Shown piece after piece: positions 61,324 through 64,000 of a stretch of 64,000 bases of DNA. The translations under genes and the position numbers were made by a program. The stretch is from NCBI GenBank assembly GCA_040770465.1, contig JAXGJB010000002.1, positions 50,591-114,590 of the forward strand, read 5' to 3'. The notes beneath the pieces are model-generated. The model did not search any database. It was not told the DNA's origin and saw only the letters and a program-made list of their open reading frames with translations. The stretch comes from Methanothrix sp. (GTDB taxonomy: Archaea; Halobacteriota; Methanosarcinia; Methanotrichales; Methanotrichaceae). The number at the start of each line of letters is the position of its first letter. The first letter of the stretch is position 1.

Positions 61324-62074
61324 AGGTCTCACCCAGCCATTTCAGGGAGGATTCTGTCCAGACGGTGAGCCTTCCGGCGTGGGTTCCGGGAGCCAGAAGC
61401 TCGACGTTCAGCCTGTCCACGGTGATTATGTCGACGCCCGGAAGGTTTCTGGAGGCTCTGATAAGCCCGCCCTCTTTGCCCGCCACGATCAGCAAGCTCT
61501 TTGGCTGCTTGTATCTTCTGCCCCGCATCTTGCCTCGGCCGGCGCGGACACTCTTGCCATTCTTGGCTCGCAGGACGTCCTCCCAGCGGCCGCAGGCTGC
61601 CAGGAACTTTCGGACCTCAACCGTCTTCTCGACGGCCTCCAGGTCGTCTTTTGCGACGATTATGGGCTCGCCTGAGAATACGTGGCCTCTCGCCTGCACC
61701 AGGTCGGCGTTCGCGGTGGCGGCTATCGCCGAACGGATCGCCTTCCTCCGCTCTTTTGCGTTGACCTTCTCGGTTCTGTCCGTCTGGGGCTTTGGTGGGT
61801 GGGCTCTCCTGCCGCCTTTGGCCTGGGGGACTCGAGCGGCTCGTCTGCCGTTTATGATCCTCGGAACTCGAGCGGCGCCGCGGCCCGTTCCCCAGGAGAT
61901 GGCGGTGGTCTTGAGGCCCGAGAGTTCGGTCGGACCGTAGGGCTGGAGCCGGTTGGCCTGGGCCGCCAGAACCGCCCTCTTTATGAGGTCCGGCCGGAAC
62001 TCCTCGTCGAATACCGATGGCAGCTCTACCTCGCCGACCTCGCTTCCTGATAGATCGATAACCTTAGCCTTCAT
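61313..62074 (-). CDS. rpl4: 50S ribosomal protein uL4
   Basis: [29 protein letters not shown]; ATG 62074. Confidence 0.97.
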   Translation of the reverse strand: MKAKVIDLSGSEVGEVELPSVFDEEFRPDLIKRAVLAAQANRLQPYGPTELSGLKTTAISWGTGRGAARVPRIINGRRAARVPQAKGGRRAHPPKPQTDRTEKVNAKERRKAIRSAIAATANADLVQARGHVFSGEPIIVAKDDLEAVEKTVEVRKFLAACGRWEDVLRAKNGKSVRAGRGKMRGRRYKQPKSLLIVAGKEGGLIRASRNLPGVDIITVDRLNVELLAPGTHAGRLTVWTESSLKWLGETYGH

Positions 62075-63081
62075 CACAATCCCTGCTTCGAGTCTGTGCT
62101 GATGTAGAGGACCTGAGGCGTCTTCAGATCGGCGTCCTTGGCTCTGACTGCGGCTCTCATCCTGACCAGCCTCTTGGTGGGGCCGGGGACGCTGCCGCTG
62201 ACGATGGCGTACTCGCCCCGAACGATCCCGTATCCGGAAAATCCGCCGTCGGGCGTGATCTCGGAGCCGTCGGATCCGATGGCCAGAACTCTCTTGTTGT
62301 ACTCGGTTCTCTGGTGGTAGCCCATCTGGCCCAGCAGCGGTACCGTCCACCTCACGTGGTGGGGGTTCCAGGGGCCGAGGTTGCCTATGTGGCGGCGCTT
62401 GCCGCCCCGGGCGTGTTTCCTCTTCTGGAGGTTGATGCCCCACCGCTTGACGGGGCCCTGGACACCTTTCCCCTTGGTGATGGCGGTGACGTCTATGATC
62501 GAACCGGGGCCGAAGATGCTGGAGAAGGGAACCTGAGATCCGAGGAGGCCGCAGGCGAGCTCGAACTGGTCTTGTATGTTGCCGCCGTTGACCTGGATCT
62601 CCATAAGGTCCGGGTTCTTCTTGGGGACCCCAGTCAGAAGCTTGGGGTTGGTATGAGCGATCAATCGCAGCTCTTGCATGCCGTCTATTTTAGCCCTGAT
62701 ATCTTCTAGAGACGCGCCCCTGTTGTTCTTGGGGACGGTGATCGACCTTGCGAGGTACGGGTCGAGCTTTTCTGACCAAGCCTCTCCCGCAGCCCTGATG
62801 CCGCCGTTGTACTTCTCGTAGACGCGAAGGGCGGCTATGTTCAGGGGCGGAGTCTCAAGGATCGTCACCGGGACGCTTATCTCCATGCCCTCTGTGAGGC
62901 TGTTGGGCTTGTCGTCGATCATTATGAGATGGGTCATGCCGGCCTTGTACCCGGCAAAACCGTCCATTTTGGCCTTATCTTCGCCAGAGGCCCAGTATCT
63001 CGTCCTGGGGACCTGGCTCTGCGCCCGCTTTCGGGGGCTGAAGGCCAGCGAACCTCGTCTTGGTCGGTGTATGGTTGCCAT
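62074..63081 (-). CDS. rpl3: 50S ribosomal protein uL3
   Basis: [45 protein letters not shown]. Confidence 0.98.
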   Translation of the reverse strand: MATIHRPRRGSLAFSPRKRAQSQVPRTRYWASGEDKAKMDGFAGYKAGMTHLIMIDDKPNSLTEGMEISVPVTILETPPLNIAALRVYEKYNGGIRAAGEAWSEKLDPYLARSITVPKNNRGASLEDIRAKIDGMQELRLIAHTNPKLLTGVPKKNPDLMEIQVNGGNIQDQFELACGLLGSQVPFSSIFGPGSIIDVTAITKGKGVQGPVKRWGINLQKRKHARGGKRRHIGNLGPWNPHHVRWTVPLLGQMGYHQRTEYNKRVLAIGSDGSEITPDGGFSGYGIVRGEYAIVSGSVPGPTKRLVRMRAAVRAKDADLKTPQVLYISTDSKQGL

Positions 63082-63921
63082 TTAGCCCTCCAGTGATCGC
63101 ATCAGGTTGACCTGGGATAAGGTGGCGAATATCGCCTCTTCGAGCCTAACCGTCTCGGTTCCCTGATGCGGTATGGTGTTAATCATGCAACATCCTTCCA
63201 TCGTTTCGCTGCTCAAGAACGCATCAACGCCGCGTGCGGGCGAGCCGTAGACCAGTTCCAGACCGCGTTCACCTCCAACGCGGACGATCCGCGCGAGGAG
63301 GTCTGGGTCAGCTTGCGTCCCATGCCTGGACGTGGCCACGACTAGCTTATCCGTCGAGCGGACGTGCTCGTCCAGGTTCGGGATGACCTCGGTCTCGTAG
63401 CCCCAGTAGTGGGGTATCTCCGATCGGTCTACCGGCTCCGCGGCGAGGGGTTTCAGCGAAAAGACTCTGACGTTCAAGCGCTGCCCCGGATGAAACCGCT
63501 GAGCGGTCTTGAGGGGCAATGGGCACTCAACACCTATGTCCACCCATGCGCCGTTGTCAGATCCCACTTCGTCGACTACTAAACCTACTCTGAACTCGCC
63601 GACCTTGAGCGTTGAAACCTTTGAGCTTGTGGGATGATGAGGGGTGCGCAGCGGCGGCAGGATGCCGACGTACCTCAGCTCTTCCATCCGAGGGAAGAGC
63701 CGTTTTCGGAGGTACTGGGGCGTCTCTGCATACTGCAGGATCCGGGATATGAACCTTGAATCGTCGAACTCCGCGTCGCGGTAGATGACGATCCTGTCCA
63801 CCCGAAAGACCGCTGCAGCCCGTGCGATCATGCCCACCTTGAGAGTGCGTATCCGCAGATCCCTCGACTCCATCGTTGTGGAGGAGGGGATCAAGATGGA
63901 CGTCTCGCTGCCACCGATCAT
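63082..63921 (-). CDS. SPOUT family RNA methyltransferase (DUF171-like)
   Basis: IARAAAVFRVD, ETPQYLRK, PPLRTPHH, NTIPHQGTETVRLEEA; canonical position upstream of rpl3. Confidence 0.9.
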   Translation of the reverse strand: MIGGSETSILIPSSTTMESRDLRIRTLKVGMIARAAAVFRVDRIVIYRDAEFDDSRFISRILQYAETPQYLRKRLFPRMEELRYVGILPPLRTPHHPTSSKVSTLKVGEFRVGLVVDEVGSDNGAWVDIGVECPLPLKTAQRFHPGQRLNVRVFSLKPLAAEPVDRSEIPHYWGYETEVIPNLDEHVRSTDKLVVATSRHGTQADPDLLARIVRVGGERGLELVYGSPARGVDAFLSSETMEGCCMINTIPHQGTETVRLEEAIFATLSQVNLMRSLEG

Positions 63922-64000
63922 CGGATCTTACCCCCAAGACCTATTCCTGATATAAAAAGGTTTGGAGATGAAAAATAGGCACGTTCGGCGGCCGCCCGTG

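Noticed and set aside
62075-62443. Long N-terminal extension of uL4 in the ORF track
   Set aside because: Overlaps rpl3 in another frame; uL4 starts at ATG 62074

Overview
Window from a GC-rich methanogenic archaeon, most consistent with Methanotrichaceae (Methanothrix/Methanocrinis-like). This is inferred from GatE, SepCysS, an HMf-type histone, NAC, an MCR component A2-like ATPase, an acetate permease, a gamma-carbonic anhydrase and the archaeal ribosomal protein set. It is mostly core genome: moeA, priL-pcna-tfs, gatE, cdc6, pstSCA, nnr-moaC, trpS, mutS2-like, pscS, rpa-radA, metG, and the large S10/spc ribosomal superoperon (rpl3 to secY, cmk, cbf5) at 48-64 kb. Two tRNA genes are present, Gly-CCC and an intron-containing Ser-GGA. 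Each is followed at its 3' side by lower-GC accessory genes: a UbiA prenyltransferase/FilR1-like regulator islet, and an HTH-ImmA/IrrE peptidase + DUF4411 PIN pair. I saw no CRISPR array, rRNA, transposase or integrase. The best candidates for undescribed biology are (i) an unlisted ~41-43 aa peptide gene coupled to a ubiquitin-like protein ending in -SG, (ii) the ImmA/PIN putative toxin-antitoxin or defence module, (iii) an acetate permease/carbonic anhydrase/MFS cluster with shared promoter motifs, and (iv) several candidate cis-regulatory repeat arrays. All family calls come from motif recognition by eye; no database search was run. Start codons were adjusted from the ORF track where an RBS or the family N-terminus suggested it.
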